From Oopsacas minuta (lineage: Eukaryota; Animalia; Porifera), in NCBI GenBank assembly GCA_024704765.1, contig JAKMXF010000322.1:1-64000 (forward strand): a DNA stretch of 64,000 nucleotides, given 5' to 3'. Positions 51,140 to 62,332 of this stretch are shown here, one piece after another; position 1 is the stretch's first letter, and each line of letters starts with the position of its first letter. The position numbers and the translations under genes are program-made. The notes under the pieces are model-generated. The model saw only the letters and a list, made by a program, of their open reading frames with translations. It was not told the DNA's origin and searched no databases.

Positions 51140-51263
51140 GTTACAAAGTGTAAGAGTGAAGATTTACCTTTTATAGTTTTGATATTCTGTTTGTTTGTGA
51201 GTTAATAATACAAATATTAAACTTCAAAATAATAAGCAAAAATATTGTTTATGGCAAGAATGG

Positions 51264-51398
51264 CCTCCCATAGACGTGTAGGGTATAGAGTACTGGTTGG
51301 GTAACATGTACCTCCCATAGACTTGTAGGGTATAGAGTACTGGTTGGGTAACATGTACCTCCCATAGACTTGTAGGGTATAGAGTACTGGTTGGGTAA
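51264..51398. repeat. 47-bp tandem repeat, about 2.9 copies, between convergent 3' ends
   Basis: CCTCCCATAGAC recurs at 51264, 51311 and 51358. Confidence 0.95.
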
Positions 51399-51501
51399 TA
51401 TTCCGCGTTAAATATACTGACATCTTAACAAATGTACATTATAGATAACTCACATATGTGTAATACAAATATAATCAGCTGATATTCTAATAATAGAACA
51501 G

Positions 51502-52823
51502 TTAGCTTCTCAATGCATTCAGACGTGCTGCCATAGTCTCTACGTCATCTTCATCTGCCTCTGGTTCCTAGTAACAAATAGCATACTAAAATATGTGACA
51601 GAGGAATATCTTCTAAACAGTTGATATGATACAATCTATCCCGGTTATATCAAAGCTTAAGGGACCGTGATCATTACTTGAAACATATGCTAGTATAAGC
51701 AGGCATTTCTATATAACGATAACATATCCCTAGTCCATTAATACTAACGGGAGCAGGTTCTGGAGCTATTGGTAGAGGTCCATGAGACTCCAGTACTTGA
51801 TTAAGTATCTTCTCCACCTCTGAGTTAGCTACATCCTCTAGATCCTCATCATCTAGAGTGCTTAGAGTGTCAGTAAGCATTTCATCTATAACTCCTGCCT
51901 GATAGATAACTCAATAACATTCCTATTCTACACCATAGTTACCATGGATATACGTATAACCAACCTTATGCATTTCTTTAGCTAAGTCCATCATTGTTTT
52001 CCTTATTTCTGGGAGCTTAATAACTTTCTCCATAGCCTTCATGACCTCTGTGCTCTTCTCCATAGACCCAGCCATTCGAATCATAGCTACAAATAATAAT
52101 AAGGAGGTCTGTGTATCCGTTAGTTAGTAAATATATTGTGTAGTTGAATTTGCAATAATGACAATATTCATGTAGTAGGTAAACTTGATGCGGGCGGTGT
52201 AGCTGAAACAAGTTTCCTACTAACAGGGGATTAAATAACTGACTAACCTAGCTGATGATCCATCTGCATAGAAACAGAGTTCAACTGAGCCTTACTAGCA
52301 TAAATTTTATTAATAACTCTACGGGATTGTACCATCTCCTTAGCTAGTATCTTAGCTGCATCCATATTACCCTTTTTAGCAGCATCTTTAATCTGTTTAG
52401 TGACCTTCAGTTCTTCTCTCTGTATCCCTCTAATCTGTCTGTCCATACCGTTACTCTCCTTACGTAGGGCTTGTTTCCATTCTTTAACCTAAAACAGTAG
52501 ATTATGCCTAAACCTTGAAATTGGTATTATCCATGGTCCAGTTAACACAGTAGAACTCGAGAAGATGTAGTATGTTTTCCTGAGGGGGTAGGTCTTATCC
52601 GAGTTCTGCCGTGTATAAGATAGCCTCTTCAATGACCCCACTCCCTCGCTGAGGGGTATATCCAAATACCAACGAGATAACCATGGAAACTGGGACATAA
52701 CACCTCACATAAGCACGTTAGAGAGTTGGTGAATATATTCCCCGTACAAAGGTGTTAAAATATGAATAATCACCCCAGCTACTATAATATTACCTGTTCC
52801 TTAGGGTCTTTCTTTTTGAACAT
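51502..52823 (-). CDS. CHMP3: ESCRT-III subunit Vps24/CHMP3 (multi-exon)
   Basis: MFKKKDPKEQVKEWKQALRKE, DAAKILAKEMVQSRRVINKIYASKAQLNSVSMQM and C-terminal ETMAARLNALRS*. Confidence 0.95.
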
Positions 52824-53059
52824 GATAAAAATATCTAATTTATAAAGCAAACAATAACAAATGATTAATAACAAGCAAAAATAATACAAATAAAAAGGTG
52901 TGAAGATAATATATTCATATAATATCCCTCAAAGAGTAACAGATATATACAAAATAATCAATAATTCATGGAAAATATATTCTTAACAAAACTGATTCAT
53001 ATATTAACAAATAGCTAACAATAAATAACAATATGCATACCAATTGTCAATCACGGTAA

Positions 53060-54577
53060 CTAGCTTCTAAAATCATTGAATACGGAATGAAACCCGTCCT
53101 TCTCAATTCCCAATTTTGTGATTGTAATATTTTGGAGAGAAGGAACATCCGGTTTATAGAAGCTCATGATATCTGATATCTGTGGGGTAAGCTCTTGGGG
53201 TAAATACCAACAAGCTATTGTTAGAAAATCCTGTAACTCCTGCTGGATAAATAGTTCCTGTTTATTAGGCTGATTAAGTACATTCTTGAGTGACATAATG
53301 GTAACTAAGAGATAAGTACTCATCAATTTTGGGTCTGTGTATATCTGACAATGTTTGGGTACGAATAAGGCGTGAATAAACGGAACTATAGTACTGCAAT
53401 TATATCCATTCTTAGTTTCATATTGATACAGCTGGTTCCATTTATGTAGGGCTAGAAATGACGTCATCATATGTTCTATACAAGAAAGATCTTGCTTAGA
53501 GAAATTAGGGATTCTTGGATTAATGAGGACGTTCATGAAGAATTGTAACAATAAATATTTGAGGAAGAAGTGTCCGTTCCGCTGTGTGGATTCTCTGAGG
53601 ACTTCTAGGAGTATTTGGAATATTCCCTTCTGTGTAAGAATCTTATGTGACTCACAAGAGTGTGATAATCTACATATGATAGTAGCCTCTGGAAATCTAT
53701 CGTTAGAATTAAGATTAGTCTCAATTCTATCTTCCAAACATTCAGCTATCTTAAGAATTGACTTAGGATTATCTATCATTATTTGTCTAGCTCCTGGTAT
53801 CTCTACTAACATCTGTGTAAGCCCCAGAGCGTGATGTACCAGTATATTATGTTCTATATTATCGGTAAGGACCCTAAGGGCTAGTTGTAAGCACTCCATG
53901 TTAAGGAGTAATAATTTTTCTTGTAGGGTGTCAGCAAAACCCCATAGCGATAGAAATAGGTCCTTCTCGAACTCCACGATTACGCTAAGGTTCCTCCCCA
54001 GTGGTCCCATGTCTACGGTCCATTTTAACAGCCCCATGAGCTTATCTAGACCCCCCTGACTGACGAAATATAACTTCCCCGCCTCCGTCTCTGGAGTATT
54101 CCAGGGCAGGAATACTATGAAGGTTAAACTTCTAAGAAAGGATTCTTTATCACTAATAATCTGTAACAGATCTGTCCGTACATCTTTGTCATAACAATTA
54201 GAGAATCTCTGACAGGTTCCCGTGAGACTATCAATGTCCGCTAAGATCTCATCTATAATATCAACTTTAGCTGTAGCATAGTAGAATATGTCCAAATTAT
54301 CACCTTGCTTGAAGTGTAGATGAGATAGAGGGAGGGTATCGTCTACAATTGGACCCTCTGAGTACAGAACCTGTATCTGACACACCTCTGGTATCTTATA
54401 GTTCCTCTTTATAGCTTTCCTCACGTGTCCAATGGTTACAGTTTCATAGTACTCCTGGTAGGTGTTTAGTCGGGGAATTTGTAGATCTGTCTGTGTCAGA
54501 TTGTCCGTTGTGTCCTCACATTTCGTGAGACAGTGGAGATTAACCCCCAGACTAAAATGTGTGTCGTGGTATGTCAT
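53060..54577 (-). CDS. Orphan protein: ubiquitin-like N-terminal domain, ARM/HEAT-like helical repeats, BC/SOCS-box-like C-terminus
   Basis: 505-codon single ORF from the Met at 54577; the upstream ORF part is a 53-nt intron at 54579-54631. TIGHVRKAI...IQVLYSEGPIVDDTLPLSHLHFKQGDNLDIF is UBL-like; the C-terminus reads VPSLQNITITKL. Confidence 0.7.
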   Translation of the reverse strand: MTYHDTHFSLGVNLHCLTKCEDTTDNLTQTDLQIPRLNTYQEYYETVTIGHVRKAIKRNYKIPEVCQIQVLYSEGPIVDDTLPLSHLHFKQGDNLDIFYYATAKVDIIDEILADIDSLTGTCQRFSNCYDKDVRTDLLQIISDKESFLRSLTFIVFLPWNTPETEAGKLYFVSQGGLDKLMGLLKWTVDMGPLGRNLSVIVEFEKDLFLSLWGFADTLQEKLLLLNMECLQLALRVLTDNIEHNILVHHALGLTQMLVEIPGARQIMIDNPKSILKIAECLEDRIETNLNSNDRFPEATIICRLSHSCESHKILTQKGIFQILLEVLRESTQRNGHFFLKYLLLQFFMNVLINPRIPNFSKQDLSCIEHMMTSFLALHKWNQLYQYETKNGYNCSTIVPFIHALFVPKHCQIYTDPKLMSTYLLVTIMSLKNVLNQPNKQELFIQQELQDFLTIACWYLPQELTPQISDIMSFYKPDVPSLQNITITKLGIEKDGFHSVFNDFRS

Positions 54578-54904
54578 ACTAATTGAAATAGGAAAATATA
54601 CTATATATATCATACAGCTCACCATAGTTACCAGAGGATGACACAAGAATGCATGTTGTATGATAACTATTAATAATATTCAAATTATATAATCTGTGTG
54701 GTTTCAACCACAAATTGTAAAGAATCTGCCTAGTGATATATGCATTCAATGGAATGTGTGATAAGTGATATAGTATATATGGTTGCAGATTTGTATTATT
54801 TCCTTGGTTACAGAAAACTACAGAAGAATGTATGCCACAAATAATTCAATAATGATTAGATATTTAAGATAGTTTGGGAAGTGGAACTTGTATCTGAGTA
54901 CTAG

Positions 54905-55000
54905 TAAACAAAACGAATAAATAAACAAACAAACGAATAAATAAACAAACAAACAAACAAACAAACAAACAAACAAACAAACAAACAAACAAGTAAACAA
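54905..55000. repeat. (AAAC)n microsatellite in a divergent intergenic region
   Basis: Long AAAC run with AATA/GAAT interruptions. Similar shorter runs occur near 23235-23280, 44015-44035 and 44610-44640. Confidence 0.95.
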
Positions 55001-55040
55001 ACCTATCAACAATACATCCCTCTCTAATTAGCTATATACA

Positions 55041-56001
55041 ATGGGTAACAATCTGAAGAGTCTACAATGTGTTCCCATATTCTCTACTCCCAATAGGAAG
55101 GTTAATATAGTAATCCTTGGTATAGATCAAGCAGGCAAAACAACATTCTTATACAGGATAAAGTACCAAGAACTCTTCCCAACTATTCCTACTATAGGAT
55201 TCAATATTGAGAAGGTTATTTATACATATGGCTATATAGGAACTAACATGAATTCTTAGGAACTAATGTGGTAATTATAAGATGAAGTTGCTATTTGCAA
55301 AATTAGCTCTATTATCCATGGTTATTCTTATAATAATAAGCAAACGAACTTGTATAAACATGTGGTATTATCCATGGTTCAATTTGTATTAAAGGTAAAG
55401 ATAGGCGATCAACACATGGCTACTCTATGGGATGTAGGAGGACAGGACAGACTACGAGCTATATGGCCTCACTACTACAAGGGAATAGACGGTATCATAT
55501 TCCTAGTGGACTCCTCTGATGCTAGCAGGTTACCAGAGGCTAAATATGAATTACACAACGCTTACACAAGCAGAGAGCTTCATCAGGTATGTTTCCATAG
55601 TGACATAACGGAGGGTAGAAATATGCAGTTGAATAGTTTGATAATATTTGTAATTTCGGGTCTATAGAAACTTATGCAAGTTATCCATAGTCCAATTACT
55701 GAGCTAATTAATATTGAAGTAACACATATGCTGTTGTTAGCAGTAATTCAAAAGCTGTAAATAGTTTACCAAACTATTTACATTCCATTTTCAGGTGCCG
55801 TTGCTAGTGTTAGCTAACAAGCAAGATCTACCACATGCTATGACGTCAGAGGACATCGTTACGGGATTAGGATTAGAGTCTCTCCCCCATCAGAACTATT
55901 TTGTACAACCGACCAGTCTAACTAACGGAGAGGGGATAGAGGAAGGGATCAAGGAGATGGATAAAATGCTAATACAGAGGAGAATGAAAACTAGCCAATA
56001 G
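55041..56001 (+). CDS. Second Arf-like small GTPase (3 exons; introns 55215-55394 and 55587-55794)
   Basis: MGNN start, [30 protein letters not shown] and LANKQD. Confidence 0.9.
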
Positions 56002-56205
56002 AGTGTTAGTTTGTTTGTTTGTTCACTTATTTGACAACAACATGCAACAACAAATAGTTCTGTATTTCTTATTTGTATATATTACAGATTTGTAGATTGA
56101 CATTTTGTTTGTTTTGGAGAATATTTTGAATTTGTGAATTAAAATTATAATAAAAATTCAATTACAAAACTTTGGAACAAAAATGCTGAAAAATCCAAAA
56201 ATATG

Positions 56206-57119
56206 AAATTTATAAGCTCTGTTTGTATCAATTAATCATTCCTTATAAGGAATACAGCTCTGTTAAAATCACGAATTATTAGCTAGGATATTGTAACATT
56301 ACATACTATGCAATGAGACGTAGGGGGTATTAAGAAAGTTGCAAGTACAAACGATGAGAATTTTGAATATTTTCATAAGTTGTATAAGCTTCAGATGGAT
56401 CAGCGATGAGGTGTATTGCAGTGAAATACAAACAAAAATACAAACATAAACAAGATAAACATGCTATAAAGCTGTATAATAATCCGTACAAGTAATCTAG
56501 TGCTAGACAAATCTGGTGGTTTGGTGGCTATAGCAACCTTAAGCCACCAAAAAATAGTGTATTTTGGCTAAGTAAGCAACTACCAAATTCCAATGTGTGT
56601 AGTGCTGATGCCATCTGTTAGCATAATACAAGTGTTTTACGTTTTGCAATCAATTATCTTAATATAATGAAGGGACATGTGCTAATTAGGAGATGTGGAT
56701 GTGGATTATGTACATATGTTTCGCATATAACAGAGCTCTTTGTAGCATTTTGAAATGTCCCAAAAGTTTTCAGTGGGCAGAGAATGGAAAGATCCTTTGG
56801 TTAGTTGGTGTAATAAGCTCGCAAGTGCCGCTAATGTCAATATAGAGAGCTGAATCATTAACACTAGTTACTTCAACTGTTACGGAGGTTAGGAAGAATA
56901 CACTTAGAGATTATTCTACCAATTATAGACCATTACTGATGTCTGTATATACATTATAACGAGGGGTTGATTAGGAAGAATGAGGGTTTAGTTCTACTCA
57001 GCGAAAATAAGGAACACGTGCTAGCTATTAAGTGTATCCATTTTACAGATAATATGACTCATATGGAGTGACGATTTGGTGTAAAACAAAGAATTATACT
57101 TCAGTTTCTGGAATGAAAA
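56206..57119. repeat. Copy 1 of a locally duplicated non-coding block, directly upstream of the ependymin-related gene
   Basis: 56206-56588 and about 56866-57119 match 58088-58719 with scattered substitutions. About 280 bp (56590-56865) are absent from copy 2. Confidence 0.93.
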
Positions 57120-57178
57120 CTATAAATATAATAACTTGACACACAAATTGCATATAACAGAGAGGATCTAAACCAAAA

Positions 57179-57829
57179 ATGAAGTACCAAATAATCTTCC
57201 TGCTTGGGTTATTCGCTGCAATAAATGCACAATTCCCTCAACTATCCGGTAGCTTTTCCTTCAAGGGCTCAAGTGAGGATTCCGTGCTCGGATTTGTAAC
57301 TGAATTCCCTCGATATGATTTATATGTGGACATCAGTAGGGGTCTACAAGCTGTAGAATATACTACATCATTCTTCTTTACCACAACAACAATTCAAGTA
57401 GCTAGTGTGAATGATTCAGCTGTCTATGTTGACATTAGCGGCACTTGCGAGGTTCTTACAACACTTTTCCCAAGTGTCTTTCCATTCTCTACCACTGAAA
57501 ACTTTTGGGACAGGTTCATAAATTCTACAGAGAGTCCACCTGGAACATTTACCTATGATGGATTCTTTGATACCTATGAAGTTATAATAGTGAACGGACT
57601 ACCGACACAATTGACATATGAAGGGCTAGGATCAACCATCTCTGTATATAATATCGACAGCTACATTGACGAAGCACCAGATTTCACAGCCTTCAGGCTA
57701 CCTGCAGACTGTATACAGTACGACTGCACAGCATGTCCAGAGGGAGTTAGAAGCTCAGCTGGGACTATAGCCAGCAGCTTGTTGCTACTACTAGCTGCTA
57801 CATCTATGTTTCTGCTAGCAACTGTATAG
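57179..57829 (+). CDS. Ependymin-related protein with signal peptide and C-terminal GPI-like hydrophobic tail, single exon
   Basis: Signal peptide, beta-rich body, GTCEV, and the ependymin-like C-terminal motif APDFTAFRLPADC..CTAC; small-residue omega region (SSAG) followed by a hydrophobic end. Confidence 0.72.
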   Translation: MKYQIIFLLGLFAAINAQFPQLSGSFSFKGSSEDSVLGFVTEFPRYDLYVDISRGLQAVEYTTSFFFTTTTIQVASVNDSAVYVDISGTCEVLTTLFPSVFPFSTTENFWDRFINSTESPPGTFTYDGFFDTYEVIIVNGLPTQLTYEGLGSTISVYNIDSYIDEAPDFTAFRLPADCIQYDCTACPEGVRSSAGTIASSLLLLLAATSMFLLATV

Positions 57830-58087
57830 TACAGTAATGCTATACTTAGTGATGTACATCCTCTACGCGTGTGTAATAGTTTAGTATATTTGTAGGATAA
57901 GGTGTGTTTGATAGCTGTATTTACATATTTGAGTATTTCGTACTATAGAGTGTGATTAAATGAGTGAAATAATTATGGTAGACTCCTCTTAATAGGGTCA
58001 CATCGGGGCGAGGCCATTTAGACCTGATTAAGGGAATAATTTACATCATAAAGCAGATAAATCAGCTGTGTTATTAATTATATTCAT

Positions 58088-58719
58088 AAATTTATAAGCT
58101 CTGTTTGTATCAATTAATCATTCCTTATAAGGAATACAGCTCTGTTAAAATCACGAATTATTAGCTAGGATATTGTAACATTACATACTATGCAATGAGA
58201 CGTAGGGGGTATTAAGTTGGAACTACAAACGATGAGAATTTTGAATATTTCATAAGGTTGTATAAGCTTCAGATGGATCAGTGATGAGGTGTATTGCAGT
58301 GAAATACAAACAAAAATACAAACATAAACAAGATAAACATACTATAAAGCTGTATAATAATCCGTACAAGTTATCCAGTGCTAGACAAATCTGGTGGTTT
58401 GGTGGCTATAGCAACCTTAAGCCACCAAAAAATAGTGTATTTTGGCTAAGTAAGCCACTGCCAAATAGTTACTTCACTTGTTATGGGAGATTAGGAAGAT
58501 TACACATAGAGTATATTCTACCAATTATAGACCATTACTGATGTCTGCAAATTAATTATAACGAGGGGTTGATTAGGATGAATGAGGGTTTAGTTCTACT
58601 CAGCAAAATAAGGAACACGTGCTAGCTAGGAGGTGTATCCATTTTACAGATAATATGACTTATATGGAGTGACGATTTAGCGCAAAACAAAGAATTATAC
58701 TTCAGTTTTTGAAATGAAA
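58088..58719. repeat. Copy 2 of the duplicated non-coding block
   Basis: AAATTTATAAGCTCTG...TTCAGTTTTTGAAATGAAAA aligns with copy 1. Confidence 0.93.
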
Positions 58720-59333
58720 ATCAGCTTAGTAGACTTATCTTAATGCAGTCACATCTTATATACAGGAATAGAAGGCGATTACCTATGGAACGTATCCGAA
58801 GTAATACAGTACATAACAAACCTAAACAACACACAAACTATGTATGAAGGCAGTTAACACATATAAACATCTACGAGGGGAGTTGTGTAACAGATATATC
58901 TAAGGAGAACTGTGAGAGATAACAATATATGAGTATATATGCAATATAAGAACAGGTTCTGTGGGCTGAATAGGGTTGATTGTCAGCACCAGCTGCTTAT
59001 AAACTCATCCCGTGTTTGTGTATGTTAACCTTGTAGGTAAATAACCTGCGCTGCAGAGGTTTATGTATGTAAAGTGTAAGCTCTACGGGTTTGCAAGGAC
59101 GCCAAAAATGCTACCTCGTTTCTGCCAAATCGCCCGTGTATGGAGGTTAGGCTGTACGAGGCTAAACTTCGCGTACATAGAAATCTCAAATATGTGCCGA
59201 GGCAGGAAGAAACCATAATTACCAACAAAATAGTTCCATAAACAGAACCATACATGACAATCCATATAGTCATATATCCATGGTAGCTGACTTACTGATA
59301 AATACATTTATTGATTCGATTCTATAGCAAACA

Positions 59334-59926
59334 TGAATAGTATTATAACCCAGAGCTTGTAATTTAAAGCAACAGCTGAGTACATAAACGATGAAGAAGA
59401 ACTGTCAGAGTACTCAGGTTATGACGTAGCAGGGATACATCGCTATCCTTGCTTACTGTTGATATAGAATATACAGATTATGGGAGAGAGGATTTCCTGC
59501 TGGAGAGCGAAGACAAGTAACGTGTTAATGAGAACACAGACGAAGTATGCACAATGGATCATTAGCTATGAATGCTATGAAACCCTTTCTCAATATATCT
59601 ACTAATCTATGGTTCTTCTTAACAGAGGCATCAGAGGGTCTTACTACCATTAATCTACGTACAGTCGACGACTACCTACTTATCATAGCTATGCAATTAA
59701 TGGAGGGATACCAGTAACCATGGTTACCATAACCAAGTTCAATAATGTGACACCTCCCTACTACGAGTTCTTACTGTCAGAAGGATGTTCCGCGGTGTCC
59801 TGTCCCCCTTGCAATACGGGTACACAGCCTGCGACCACCACCCCTAGCTCCGGAGGGAGGGTAGCTGGTAGCTGGGCAGTGTTACTACTCACCGTAGTTA
59901 CGATAATGGTAATAGGAATGTATTAG
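59334..59926 (+). pseudogene. Decayed, highly diverged ependymin-related paralogue
   Basis: Fragments FKATAE (vs FKGSSE), VDIEYT, EVC...NPFS and TPPYYEFLLSEGCSAVSCPPC plus a hydrophobic tail are collinear with 57179-57829. In-frame stops lie at 59563, 59569 and 59578, and there are frame changes. Confidence 0.65.
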
Positions 59927-62332
59927 TTATTATTTTGTGTAAAATCTCAATATTTATAGCAAATAAAGTACGCATGGTTCCCAACCTCCCCCTGCTGTCG
60001 TCCTTAGGCCAACAAGGGGTCAATAGACCCCAGGTTGTGAGCACTCATTGGTACATTAACATTCCTATAGAAATATCATATTGTTAGTGATATGCCAGAT
60101 ACATCAGATATCGTATGAATGGAAAAATGAATAGATGATGCAGCAATAAGTGGTTAGCCTAGTGTCGCTATAGTTGCAATTGGAACTAACCTATCCAGCA
60201 TATGATTAAGCCACGTGGATTATAAAATTGGATCAGAGATGAAATGATTAATATTAACTATGTATTAATCTAATTATAAATACTGCAAGGTATAATCTCG
60301 TCTGTTTTGCTGTAATAATGTTGACAGCAAATATTGATTAAGAATAAGGGACTGTTCCGGGAGTATAGCCTCCCTATCAGGATTGATTTAGTGACTGATA
60401 ATTAAGTATAAAAAGGTGTTAAAGTGTTATAATAATATATGCAGGAGAATGAATATGGTATAGTTCCATAAATGACAGACGTAAGTCTTAAATAGAGTTA
60501 ATTCAGGCAATATATAGCGCTATGTAATATATTACAGTTTTGCTTCACAAAATGCACGAGAAAATAGGCAATAACCTCAATTAGTTTTGCATACAGAACG
60601 AAGGGTACAAAGCCACCAAGAGCATTGTGCCTCTGGGTATCCCTCAGAATACATAAAACAGATTATCATCTCCAATCTCTGACAATTAATGACGTAATTA
60701 TCCTAGAATAACAAACTACAAAATTCGTTGTGTGCCAAATTCAAATTTTAATTAATTTTACCTTTAAAAGTTCAATTATTAATTCAATTAATAAAAGTAC
60801 AAATCAATATTTATTGTATACATTCACAGAATTATAATAACAGTTGTTTACGTAGATTTATGTAAACAATCACCTGATAAAAGTGTTTACAACTATGCTA
60901 TTCCCCTACAAAGTGTTAGTAAATAATCTCTGAAAATACTTCTAATAAATATTCCAAGAACTGAAAGTTTCTCAAAAGCAAAAATTCCAATAAATATTCC
61001 AAGAACGCTTATTAAGACATAAGATTAGTTCCAATATGGCATATGCTATTGATTATTAATCAAACGACATTAACGAGACACTAATTACCGCCATGTCATA
61101 TATTATACAATAGTTCCATATTGTAAGAGAATATAGTTCCAAATACGTCAGTCTTACTACGTATAAGACGTGAGGACTGAAAACTGGGAAAATATTAACA
61201 GATAAGTAGTAAATATGTTGATTCTACTGGTCTAATCTCCTAATACGTTTAGCGGAAGGGGGCAGTTAGGAACATGATATCTTCTGATTAGGTAGACGTA
61301 TATCTAACATTCTTGTGTTGCTAGCGAAAGAATGTTCCTACGCAAAGAGTTCAAACTCATAATGCTCTCTACCCTGAACTCCAATGACACAATATGGTTG
61401 TTAAGGTAGTGCTATAAATAAATGTCTGTAAGCGAATCAATGAACCAATAATGCTAACATATTGATAGCATATCTATCAGTATATTATAAATATCACAGA
61501 CAGGTGGTTAGACTGTAAAATTAATAAACACGTGTTTGTCAATATATGTTGTAAACAATCTAATTAAACATTCCTTCTACATAGTTACCGACCCGTTTCT
61601 ACAAATGCACGGGATTTTAATTACCAAATACTTGGATTACAGGTTATTCGCCCTAATATAGCTAAAAATAGCAAATTTCTTCACAGATTTCTTCAATATT
61701 TGTATAATATTTCTCCAAATAATTCTATAATGAACTAAACTATCGTATTTACTCAAATAATCGCCCCGGCTACTATTCGAATAAATACGGTATCTGTTGT
61801 ATTACTGATATGTATCAAAAAGGTTTCAGAATATATCCCAGTTAAACTGATCCAAGTTAGGTAAGGCTTCAAATCCAAATAAGCTAGTAATGAACTTCTA
61901 TATACATTCTAAGGTCATTTGATCACAAATATTACAGTTCACAGAGCAGACATTCAAATTATTTAATAATCAGACAACTATAACGCGGGATACTAACTAG
62001 TCCATAGCGCTATTATCTAAAATAGAAATAACAAACAAATAAATAAAGTGTAGAAACTAACAAAATGTTGTAGACAAATGAATGAATTGGAATGTATTGT
62101 ATATAGTGTGATTCTCCCAACAACAAAAACCCCCTACGATAACTAAAAATGTCAGTTCAGCAGCCATGAAGGACACAAATTACCGAACGCGATTAGTACA
62201 GCGTGAATATGTTAGCGTCCAAAGAAATGCTATCCCAAGAGGGTCCCTAAAGGAGAAGTTCCTCGGTGACATCACAAGCATGCATTATAATAGAAGAAAA
62301 CGAATCAGCCAATAATACTTAAGATATTTTAA

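Noticed and set aside
7594-52823. Functional cluster of trafficking genes (SEC31, TFG, VTA1, CHMP3, SNX3, SorCS, ARLs)
   Set aside because: They are interspersed with unrelated housekeeping genes on different strands, and trafficking genes are common; no evidence beyond chance.
54818-55012. Hydrophobic 64-aa ORF (CLFVCLFV)
   Set aside because: Translation of the (TTTG)n microsatellite.
58281-59307. ORFs 58281-58541, 59061-59273 and 59083-59307
   Set aside because: The first lies in the duplicated block, and copy 1 has a stop in the equivalent frame. The others have no recognisable homology, although 59060-59290 is CpG-richer and might be an element fragment.
59334-59926. Stop-codon recoding or readthrough as an explanation of the second ependymin-like copy
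   Set aside because: It has TAA, TAG and TGA stops plus frame changes, while neighbouring genes use the standard code; decay is simpler.
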